Translations under genes and position numbers: made by a program
The notes under the pieces: generated by a model
Told to the model about the DNA's origin: nothing
The model's database searches: none
Seen by the model: the letters and a program-made list of their open reading frames with translations, nothing else
In this document: one piece after another, positions 56,706 through 64,000 of the stretch
How positions within the stretch are numbered: the stretch's first letter is position 1
How the letters are laid out: each line of letters opens with the position of its first letter
NCBI GenBank assembly: GCA_965215365.1
Contig: CBDCDS010000003.1
Location: 704,001 to 768,000, forward strand
Reading direction: 5' to 3'
Length of the DNA: 64,000 bases
DNA from: Gammaproteobacteria bacterium
GTDB lineage: Bacteria > Pseudomonadota > Gammaproteobacteria > Eutrophobiales > Eutrophobiaceae

Positions 56706-57743
56706 ATGCGGTTAAAACAAAGCTTGTGTATGGGTCTTGCAGCCACTCTCGTCTTGCTGGCGACGCTGTTTTTTCTGTCGCCCGCCCTTCGCGCTCCGTC
56801 CCTGCACAAGTTTACCGGCCTGACCATGGGCACCAGCTATTCCGTGCTGGTCAACGCCGAGTCCCTGCCGTTGCCCAGGCAATCACTGCAAGCGCAGTTC
56901 GACGCCATGCTGGAGCGGGTCAACGGGCAGATGTCCACCTATCTGCCTGAGTCGGAACTGTCACGGATAAACGCCACCAATAACAACACCTGGCTTCCCG
57001 TCAGTGCCCCCCTGATGGAAGTGCTACTGGCAGCCCGGCAAATAAGCCGGCAAACGCAAGGCGCGTTCGACGTCACGGTTGCTCCGTTGCTCGAGTTATG
57101 GGGCTTCGCGCCGGGCCAGGACTTCACGCTGCCGGAGGCCGCTCAGATCACCCGCGCCTTGCACCGGGTCGGCTATGAAAAACTGCAACTGGACACTGAA
57201 ACTTCCAGTCTGCAAAAAGCCCATGGCAACCTGTCTCTGGAACTCTCTGCCATCGCCAAAGGTTACGCGGTGGACCAGCTTGCCGATTACCTGGAACAAC
57301 TACAGGTGGCAAACTACCTGGTGGAAATCGGCGGCGAAATCCGCGCTCGCGGCGTAAATGACAAACACCAACCCTGGCAAATCGGGATAGAACAACCCCT
57401 GGCCGGCCAACACCAGGTGCGGCAAGTCATCCGGCTGCATAACATGGCCATGGCAACCTCCGGCGATTACCGGAATTTCTTCGAGCAGGACGGACGCCGT
57501 TACTCACACACCATCGACCCCCGCAACGGCTACCCGGTCAGCCACAACCTCGCCTCGGTCACGGTGCTGCATCCCGCCGCCATGCACGCCGACGCCTGGG
57601 CCACCGCCCTGCTGGTGCTGGGCCCGGAAGCCGGCTATGCACTAGCTGTGCAGTACGAACTGGCGGCCTATTTCATCATGCACGACGATAGTGATTTCAA
57701 GGAAGCGTTTACCCCGGCGTTGCAACCTTATGGTAACCTCTAA
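56706..57743 (+). CDS. apbE: FAD:protein FMN transferase
   Basis: TMGT, SELSRIN, AIAKGYAVD, ATSGDYR, HTIDP, ADAWATAL. Confidence 0.92.
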   Translation: MRLKQSLCMGLAATLVLLATLFFLSPALRAPSLHKFTGLTMGTSYSVLVNAESLPLPRQSLQAQFDAMLERVNGQMSTYLPESELSRINATNNNTWLPVSAPLMEVLLAARQISRQTQGAFDVTVAPLLELWGFAPGQDFTLPEAAQITRALHRVGYEKLQLDTETSSLQKAHGNLSLELSAIAKGYAVDQLADYLEQLQVANYLVEIGGEIRARGVNDKHQPWQIGIEQPLAGQHQVRQVIRLHNMAMATSGDYRNFFEQDGRRYSHTIDPRNGYPVSHNLASVTVLHPAAMHADAWATALLVLGPEAGYALAVQYELAAYFIMHDDSDFKEAFTPALQPYGNL

Positions 57744-57812
57744 AAATACCCTCCGTGGACGCAACCCTACGGGCAGCTATGGCTGTGCACAAATTCGTCC
57801 GGAACGAATTTG
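57735..57812. repeat. Palindrome family B half copy plus CAAATTCGTCCGGAACGAATTTG hairpin
   Basis: AACCTCTAAAAATACCCTC-GTGG shared with 32121-32144; contains the apbE TAA. Confidence 0.65.
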
Positions 57813-57821
57813 GACAGCGTA

Positions 57822-58595
57822 CTAGCTGCCAGACCGCGTAAACACCAGGCTGTCGGCAGTGGACAAGGTGCCATTATAGCAGTACCCCTCCAGGTCAAAG
57901 CCGTTGAGGTCTGCCGGGTCTGACAGCCGGTTGCGGATGATATAGCGGCTCATCAGCCCGCGTGCTTTCTTTGCATAAAACGAGACCAACTTAAGCTGCC
58001 CGTTGCGTTCCTCTTTGAACACCGGGGTAACGATGCGCGCGGCCAGCTTGTCGGCGCGCACAGATTTGAAATACTCATTAGACGCCAGATTCACCAGTAC
58101 CGGCCGGTCCTGTGCGGCCAGTTCCCGGCCCAGGGCCTGATTGATGCGGTCATCCCAAAAGGCATACAGGTCTTTGCCGCGCCGGTTCTGCAGTTTCGTG
58201 CCCATCTCCAGCCGGTACGGCTGCATCAGGTCCAGCGGCTTGAGCACGCCGTACAGCCCGGACAGGATGCGCAGGTGTTGTTGTGCAAACGCCAGATCGT
58301 CCGGGGTCAGGCTGTCGGCACCAAGCCCGGTATATACATCGCCCTTGAACGCCAGCACGGCCTGCTTGGCGTTGTCGGCGGTAAACGGCAGCGACCAGTT
58401 GTGGTAGCGATTCGAGTTCAACTCAGCCAGTTTCGGGCTGATGCCCATCAGGTCGCTCAGTTGATAGGGCTCAAACGCCCGCAGTTCATCGATCAGCGCC
58501 GCCGAATCATCCAGAAAATCAGGCAGGGTAAATGCCGACCCCTGTGGCGGGGTCTCAAAATCCAGCGTTTTGGCAGGGGAGATGACAATCAGCAT
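57822..58595 (-). CDS. yaaA: Peroxide stress protein YaaA
   Basis: [43 protein letters not shown]. Confidence 0.93.
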   Translation of the reverse strand: MLIVISPAKTLDFETPPQGSAFTLPDFLDDSAALIDELRAFEPYQLSDLMGISPKLAELNSNRYHNWSLPFTADNAKQAVLAFKGDVYTGLGADSLTPDDLAFAQQHLRILSGLYGVLKPLDLMQPYRLEMGTKLQNRRGKDLYAFWDDRINQALGRELAAQDRPVLVNLASNEYFKSVRADKLAARIVTPVFKEERNGQLKLVSFYAKKARGLMSRYIIRNRLSDPADLNGFDLEGYCYNGTLSTADSLVFTRSGS

Positions 58596-58647
58596 AATAT
58601 GGTTCCGGGTAGTTCTATCAGCAGCCCTTGCAACATAGCCGATTTTT

Positions 58648-60096
58648 TCAGGTAAATCTACAACCGGCGTCGCCATCCTGTCCCAGCAAATAGCACAGGA
58701 CATGCGCCGGGACTTTGAGAAAGCGGGTGGGCAGCCCCCGGCGTTGTGATACGCTGAAATCGTCGTCACGCCGGGTGATGAGGCAAGCCCAAGGTGGTTT
58801 TTCCGCGCGACACCAGGTGACCAGCCCGCCATTTTCCTCCAGTTCAGGTTTTTCCCGGTATTTGATCTCAAAGGGCAGTGCGTAAGCCGGACTGCGGACA
58901 ATAATATCCACCTCCCTGCCTGTTGCGGCGTCGCGCCAGTAGGCGATTTCGGGCGTATCGTGATAGTAGTAAGCATACAGGTGTCTTAGTACCGTGGTTT
59001 CCACGATCAGCCCCAGCTCCTCGGCATTGGAAAATATTTCCTCACCGCGCAAAAGCATGGCGTTACGTAACGCGGCATCGACCAGATAATACTTGTTGCG
59101 CGCCTTCAGCGCTTTCTTGCCCCCCAGCCTCGCAGGGGGCAGTTTGTAAATGAGATTGGCCTGCTCCAGTAACGCAAGATGGTTGGCAACCGTACCGGCG
59201 GAGGTCTGCAAGGCCTTGGCGCAGGTATTATGCGCCAGGATGCCACCCGTGTTCAGGCACAGGTAGGTAAACAATCGCTCCAATTCATTGATATTACGGA
59301 CACCAGACAGCGCCACCATGTCACGTTTAAGCACGCGCTCAAACACGTCCTCGCGTAACAGTCTTTGACACAGCTCGATATTCTCCAGCCTTGCGGTTTC
59401 CGGGAACCCGCCAACCAGGAGATAACGCTGAAACAACGGCTGCAACGGCCGCAGTTGTGCCGCCAGCCCGACGAGCTCGGCCGGCGTCATTGAAAACAGA
59501 TTATCAAGCCGATAGTTGTCGGGAACAGCCGGCGCCGGCGCTGCGCGGATATGCAGGTACTCATAGAAGGACAAAGTAGGGACCGGCACCGTTATCCAGC
59601 GTCCCACCCCGCTCTCCGCCAGCCGTTCGCGGTGAATAACGCTGGTCGAACCGGTGGCGACGATACGGTAATGGGGCTGGTGGTCAACCAGCAACTTGAC
59701 TTCAGTTTCCCAGCCGGAGGAATACTGTATTTCATCCAGCAGAAGTATCACCTCCTGTCCTTCCCCGTAGCGCGTTTCGTGATAAACCTTCAGAATATCG
59801 CGCAGGGAAACCAGTTTCAGCAACGGGTGGTCCAGACTCAGGTAAAGAATACTCCTTGGGTCGGCGCCGCGCGCAACCAAATCAACGGCCATTTGCCGAA
59901 GTATGGTGGTCTTGCCCACCTGGCGTGGCCCTGACAACAGCACCGCCCGCCGCAACGAGACATTCTCCAGGTAGCTGCGGACAGCCGCAAACGCAAGGCG
60001 CCGGAAATCAGGCACCGGAGCCTGCTGTCCACCCCACCAGGGGTTAAACCCGTGGAGCACCGGGATAATTTCTGATTTGTCGAGAAAATCATTCAA
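58648..60096 (-). CDS. AAA_14 ATPase with DUF4143 domain
   Basis: [44 protein letters not shown]. Confidence 0.88.
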   Translation of the reverse strand: MNDFLDKSEIIPVLHGFNPWWGGQQAPVPDFRRLAFAAVRSYLENVSLRRAVLLSGPRQVGKTTILRQMAVDLVARGADPRSILYLSLDHPLLKLVSLRDILKVYHETRYGEGQEVILLLDEIQYSSGWETEVKLLVDHQPHYRIVATGSTSVIHRERLAESGVGRWITVPVPTLSFYEYLHIRAAPAPAVPDNYRLDNLFSMTPAELVGLAAQLRPLQPLFQRYLLVGGFPETARLENIELCQRLLREDVFERVLKRDMVALSGVRNINELERLFTYLCLNTGGILAHNTCAKALQTSAGTVANHLALLEQANLIYKLPPARLGGKKALKARNKYYLVDAALRNAMLLRGEEIFSNAEELGLIVETTVLRHLYAYYYHDTPEIAYWRDAATGREVDIIVRSPAYALPFEIKYREKPELEENGGLVTWCRAEKPPWACLITRRDDDFSVSQRRGLPTRFLKVPAHVLCYLLGQDGDAGCRFT

Positions 60097-60114
60097 AACG
60101 GAGATATTTTATGA

Positions 60115-60162
60115 TTTATTTCCGATAAGTACAAAGTGTACTTTATATTTATCGGAAATAAA
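60115..60162. promoter_or_regulatory. Palindrome upstream of the ATPase gene
   Basis: TTTATTTCCGATAA/TTATCGGAAATAAA perfect 14-bp arms enclosing GTACA/TGTAC. Confidence 0.55.
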
Positions 60163-60295
60163 ACCGTTTTTAACCAACCGATGACGTATGGCTTGGGACA
60201 GGCTGCAACCCGCTGCGGCCGGTTAATGATAAGGGCGCCTCTAAAAATTAGAGGCACCCGTGCGGCATAAGGATATGCCGCCCGGAAGGGCGCAG

Positions 60296-60463
60296 TTACT
60301 TGATCTTGCCTTCCTTGTAAAGCACGTATTTGCGTATCACCGGGTCGAATTTCATGATTTCCATTTTGTCCGGCATGTTGCGTTTGTTTTTGGTGGTGGT
60401 GTAGAAGTGTCCGGTGCCGGCGGATGAATTCAGGCGGATTTTGTCGCGGGCGCTGTTAGCCAT
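60296..60463 (-). CDS. rpmG: 50S ribosomal protein L33
   Basis: [55 protein letters not shown] (below the ORF-track cutoff). Confidence 0.95.
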   Translation of the reverse strand: MANSARDKIRLNSSAGTGHFYTTTKNKRNMPDKMEIMKFDPVIRKYVLYKEGKIK

Positions 60464-60472
60464 GTTGGTCTC

Positions 60473-60709
60473 CTATACTTTGCCGCCACGGGCGCGCACA
60501 TTGGCTAACACCCGGTCGATGCCCAGCTTGTCGATGATACGCAAGCCCTTGCTGCTGACCCGCAGCCGCACCCAACGGTTTTCGCTTTCCACCCAGAACC
60601 GGCGCTGGTGCAGGTTGGGCAGGAAGCGCCGCTTGCTCTTGTTGTTGGCGTGGGAAACATGGTTTCCCGACAAGGGTTTCTTTCCGGTTACCTGACAGAC
60701 CCGTGACAT
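60473..60709 (-). CDS. rpmB: 50S ribosomal protein L28
   Basis: [27 protein letters not shown]. Confidence 0.96.
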   Translation of the reverse strand: MSRVCQVTGKKPLSGNHVSHANNKSKRRFLPNLHQRRFWVESENRWVRLRVSSKGLRIIDKLGIDRVLANVRARGGKV

Positions 60710-60828
60710 GGCTGTGTTCTCTCAATGCTGCAAAGGGAAGCGGATTATACACATATCCCGCGCGGGTGACAAACTTTTCCGGGTTAGTCTGACACCAACT
60801 ATGTTTTTCTATTGACATATAAAAGTAT

Positions 60829-60887
60829 TAGCCCGCATATCTCACCAAGTGATGCGAAGATCGCGCCGGATTGGTTCTGCCTGCGGG
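60829..60887 (+). repeat. Dispersed repeat family A, end plus body
   Basis: Shares 22 nt with 28477-28498 and 46/47 nt with the reverse complement of 12413-12459. Confidence 0.85.
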
Positions 60888-61094
60888 TTAGGTTGCCCTG
60901 GTTCAACAGGGCCATCTTGGCGTTGTCCGGGTTCAGAAACAAGTGAGACTCTTACTGTATTGAACCTGGACAGGCGTTTTTATTTCAAACCTGAGTCATG
61001 TAGAATGTCTCTCCTGAGCTGTTAACGGATGTGAATGCTGGCGCGAACGCCGACAGGATAGACTGAGCCGCCGCTTCACTGAGAGGATTTTGCC

Positions 61095-61691
61095 ATGACC
61101 GACGAAGAACTGAAAGCACTGGTTGCCGGCTTGGCCGTCGCGCAAGACCGTACTGATGCCCAGCAGGCGAAGACCGAGGCCAAGCTGGCGAAGACCGAAG
61201 CCCTGATTGAAAAAAACGCCGCGCAGCAGGCGAGGACCGATGCCCAGCTGGCGAAGACCGATGCCAAGCTGAACCGTCTGGCGGAAATGTACGGCGGTGT
61301 CGGCAACAGCCTAGGGGCGGCAGCCGAGGAGTTCTACCACAACAGCCTCAAGGCCAATCCGGTGCTGGCCGGGGTGCGCTTCGACTTCGTCGACCGGAAC
61401 ATCACCCGCAGCCGCGCCGGCCTTGAGGACGAGTTTGACCTGCTGTTAGTGAACGGTCGCGAAGTGTTTGTCGTGGAAGTGAAGTACAAGGCACATGAGA
61501 ACGACTTGGCGCGCCTGCTGGACCAGAAGGCGCCCAACTTCCGGCGCTTATTCCCGGAACATGCCGACCGCCGGCAGCGCTTGGCACTGGCCGCCTTCCA
61601 CTTCCATGACGAGCTGAAGCAGGCGGCCTTAGCGCGCGGCGTGACCGTACTGCAACGCAAGGGCGATGTCATCGAAACCCTTGCGGCCTGA
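61095..61691 (+). CDS. Heptad-repeat coiled-coil plus PD-(D/E)XK-like protein (DUF3782-like)
   Basis: (Q/L)AKT(D/E)A heptads, then AEEF, EFDLLLVN, VVEVK. Confidence 0.75.
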   Translation: MTDEELKALVAGLAVAQDRTDAQQAKTEAKLAKTEALIEKNAAQQARTDAQLAKTDAKLNRLAEMYGGVGNSLGAAAEEFYHNSLKANPVLAGVRFDFVDRNITRSRAGLEDEFDLLLVNGREVFVVEVKYKAHENDLARLLDQKAPNFRRLFPEHADRRQRLALAAFHFHDELKQAALARGVTVLQRKGDVIETLAA

Positions 61692-61869
61692 GCAAACTCC
61701 GAACAACATACCGGTCGACGTAATGCCGGAAGGTCCGGACAACACAATCCGACAGTTCTGTGTCATGACCCGGCATGATACCCTTGCCTCAAAAAGTCAC
61801 TTCAGGATGGCCCTGATTGAACCTGGACAAAGTGAGCAGAGGCGGGAGTGACGCACGGAGGCGGGGGTT

Positions 61870-62544
61870 TTACATCAACCCCCGCTCGGCCATGGACGTT
61901 ACCAGCCGGTCGCCGACTACCAGATGGTCCAGCACGCGCACATCCAGCAGGGCCAGGGCCTGGGTCAGCTTGATAGTGATGTTGCGGTCGGCCTCTGAGG
62001 GTTCGGCGATGCCGGATGGGTGGTTGTGGGCGAAGATGAGGGCCGAGGCATTCAGTTCCATACAGCGTTTTACCACCTCGCGCGGATAAACGCTGGCACC
62101 GTCGATGGTGCCGGTGAACAGGATTTCACTATTGATGATGCGGTGGCGGCTGTCCAGGAACATGCAGGCGAACACCTCGTGCGGATAGCGGCAGAGCCAG
62201 GCCTTGACGTAGGTTTTGGTCTTGTCCGGGTCGCTCAGGATCGGCATCGCGCGCACCTCCGCTTCCAGGTAACGCCGCCCTAGTTCCAGCGCCGCCTGCA
62301 ACAACACCCACTTGGCCTCGCCCAGCCCCTTGGTCTTGAGCAGCACATTGCGGTTCTGTTCCAGCAGTGGCCGCAACCCCTGCGCCTTGCCGAGCATGTC
62401 CCGGGCCATATCCACCGCGCTGTGGCCGCTGTAGCCGGAGCCCAGGAAGATGGCAAGCAGTTCCGCGTCGGAAAGACTGTGTGAGCCGTTATGCAGCAAC
62501 TTGTAACGCGGCTGCTCGGTTTGGGGCCAATGGCGAATTGCCAT
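61870..62544 (-). CDS. radC: RadC/JAB-domain protein
   Basis: LSDAELLAI, VYPREV, AHNHPSG, DHLVVG; ATG 62544. Confidence 0.93.
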   Translation of the reverse strand: MAIRHWPQTEQPRYKLLHNGSHSLSDAELLAIFLGSGYSGHSAVDMARDMLGKAQGLRPLLEQNRNVLLKTKGLGEAKWVLLQAALELGRRYLEAEVRAMPILSDPDKTKTYVKAWLCRYPHEVFACMFLDSRHRIINSEILFTGTIDGASVYPREVVKRCMELNASALIFAHNHPSGIAEPSEADRNITIKLTQALALLDVRVLDHLVVGDRLVTSMAERGLM

Positions 62545-62680
62545 ATCTGAACCTCCCTGTTCGGTAAAGGGTGAAATTACGACACCAGTATATAACAAGC
62601 GTTATTCATGTCAAGGCCGGCGCGTAACGGGCGTGACCGTAAAACCTGCGCCGGCGCCTGATATGGGTTACACTGGCACC

Positions 62681-63922
62681 ATGCAGACACTGGCCGATCA
62701 ACGCATCCTGCTGGGTATCAGCGGCAGCATCGCCGCCTACAAGAGCGCGGAGCTGACCCGGCGCTTGCGCGAGTGCGGCGCCGAGGTGCGGGTGGTGATG
62801 ACTCCCGCCGCCACGGAGTTCATTACCCCCCTGACCTTGCAGGCCGTATCCGGCAACAGCGTACACACCAGACTGCTGGAGCACGCGGCCGAGGCCGCCA
62901 TGGGGCATATTGAACTGGCCCGCTGGGCCGACCTGATCCTGATTGCCCCGGCCACGGCGAACTGCATCGCCCGGTTAAGCAATGGGCTGGCCGATGATCT
63001 GTTAACCACCTTGTGTCTGGCCAGTGAGGCGCCGCTGTTTCTGGCCCCGGCCATGAACCGGCAGATGTGGCAACACCCGGCCACGCAGGAGAATATCACC
63101 CGCCTGCAAGCCCGCGGCGCGACCCTGCTGGGGCCCGCCAGTGGCGCCCAGGCCTGTGGCGAGACCGGGCCGGGCCGGTTGCCGGAGCCCGAGGAGTTGG
63201 TGCAGGCGTTAGCCGCCGTCGGCGGGAGGTGCCAGCTTGCCGGGGTCAAGGTGCTGGTCAGCGCCGGGCCGACCCGCGAGTTTATCGACCCGGTGCGCTA
63301 TCTCAGCAATCGCAGCTCAGGGCGCATGGGCTATGCCGTGGCCGTGGCCGCAGTCGCCGCCGGCGCCACCGTCACCCTGGTGTCGGGCCCCGTCTCCCTG
63401 GCGCCGCCGGCGCAGGTGCAACGCATTAACGTAACTACCGCCGCGCAGATGCAGGGCGAGATTCTGCGTTGCGCCGGCACCAGCGACATATTTATTGCCA
63501 CCGCCGCAGTGGCGGATTACCGGGCGCGCACACCGGCGTTGCAGAAGCTGAAAAAACAGCAAGCCGAACTGCTGCTGCCGCTGGAGCAGACGCCCGATAT
63601 TCTGGCCGAAGTGGCGGCGCTGCCGGCGCCGCCGTTTACCGTCGGCTTCGCCGCGGAGACCGACAACCTTCATGCCAACGCACAACAAAAACTGGCGCGC
63701 AAAAAACTGAACATGATCGCCGCTAACCGGGTTGGGGACGGCCTGGGGTTTGACAGTGACGAGAACGCGCTGGAGGTATTCTGGCCGGGCGGGTCAGAGT
63801 CGCTTGCCACCGCGCCCAAGGACACACTGGCCCGGCAACTGCTGGACCTTGTTGCTGCGCGCTATCGCGCACACCTTGCTCAGGCTGGGGAAGCTGCCGT
63901 AGCACAGGACGTATCGGGTTGA
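62681..63922 (+). CDS. coaBC: Phosphopantothenoylcysteine decarboxylase/ligase
   Basis: GSIAAYK, HIELARWAD, PAMN, AGPTRE.IDPVRYLSNRSSG, GFAAET. Confidence 0.95.
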   Translation: MQTLADQRILLGISGSIAAYKSAELTRRLRECGAEVRVVMTPAATEFITPLTLQAVSGNSVHTRLLEHAAEAAMGHIELARWADLILIAPATANCIARLSNGLADDLLTTLCLASEAPLFLAPAMNRQMWQHPATQENITRLQARGATLLGPASGAQACGETGPGRLPEPEELVQALAAVGGRCQLAGVKVLVSAGPTREFIDPVRYLSNRSSGRMGYAVAVAAVAAGATVTLVSGPVSLAPPAQVQRINVTTAAQMQGEILRCAGTSDIFIATAAVADYRARTPALQKLKKQQAELLLPLEQTPDILAEVAALPAPPFTVGFAAETDNLHANAQQKLARKKLNMIAANRVGDGLGFDSDENALEVFWPGGSESLATAPKDTLARQLLDLVAARYRAHLAQAGEAAVAQDVSG

Positions 63923-63944
63923 CCGCGTAGTGACTGATAACCTG

Positions 63945-64000
63945 ATGACTGACCCCGCCGTTCCCGCATCTATTTTTCGCGCCTACGATATTCGCGGCGT
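63945..64000 (+). CDS. algC: Phosphomannomutase/phosphoglucomutase, 5' end only
   Basis: MTDPAVPASIFRAYDIRG. Confidence 0.75.
   Translation, partial: MTDPAVPASIFRAYDIRG

Noticed and set aside
61000-61094. Possible riboswitch in the leader of the PD-(D/E)XK gene
   Set aside because: Some pairing potential but no match to a riboswitch consensus I can recognise; an Rfam search would be needed

Overview
GC-rich gammaproteobacterial chromosome segment (inferred from radC-rpmB-rpmG, coaBC-algC, icd-aceK, oxyR-katG). Housekeeping blocks alternate with AT-richer accessory patches: mazEF, a serralysin-like RTX protease and an intact AAA+/S8 (IetAS-like) pair inside an eroded type I RM locus (12.5-20.4 kb); brnTA (28.6-29.1 kb); and a ~13 kb defence island between katG and icd (40.4-53.5 kb). 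Best novelty candidates: (i) the island contains two separate near-exact copies of the katG 3' end plus a tyrosine-recombinase remnant, pointing to katG as a reused integration site; (ii) it carries a co-oriented PLD-SNF2 helicase / HigA / type IIG-like MTase / HipA-type kinase / HIRAN operon; (iii) a dispersed GCCCGCATATCTCACC repeat family sits next to small accessory cassettes and supplies the apparent start codon of deoC. Many accessory genes are eroded by internal deletions. I saw no rRNA, tRNA or CRISPR array. All calls come from motif recognition by eye; no database search was run.
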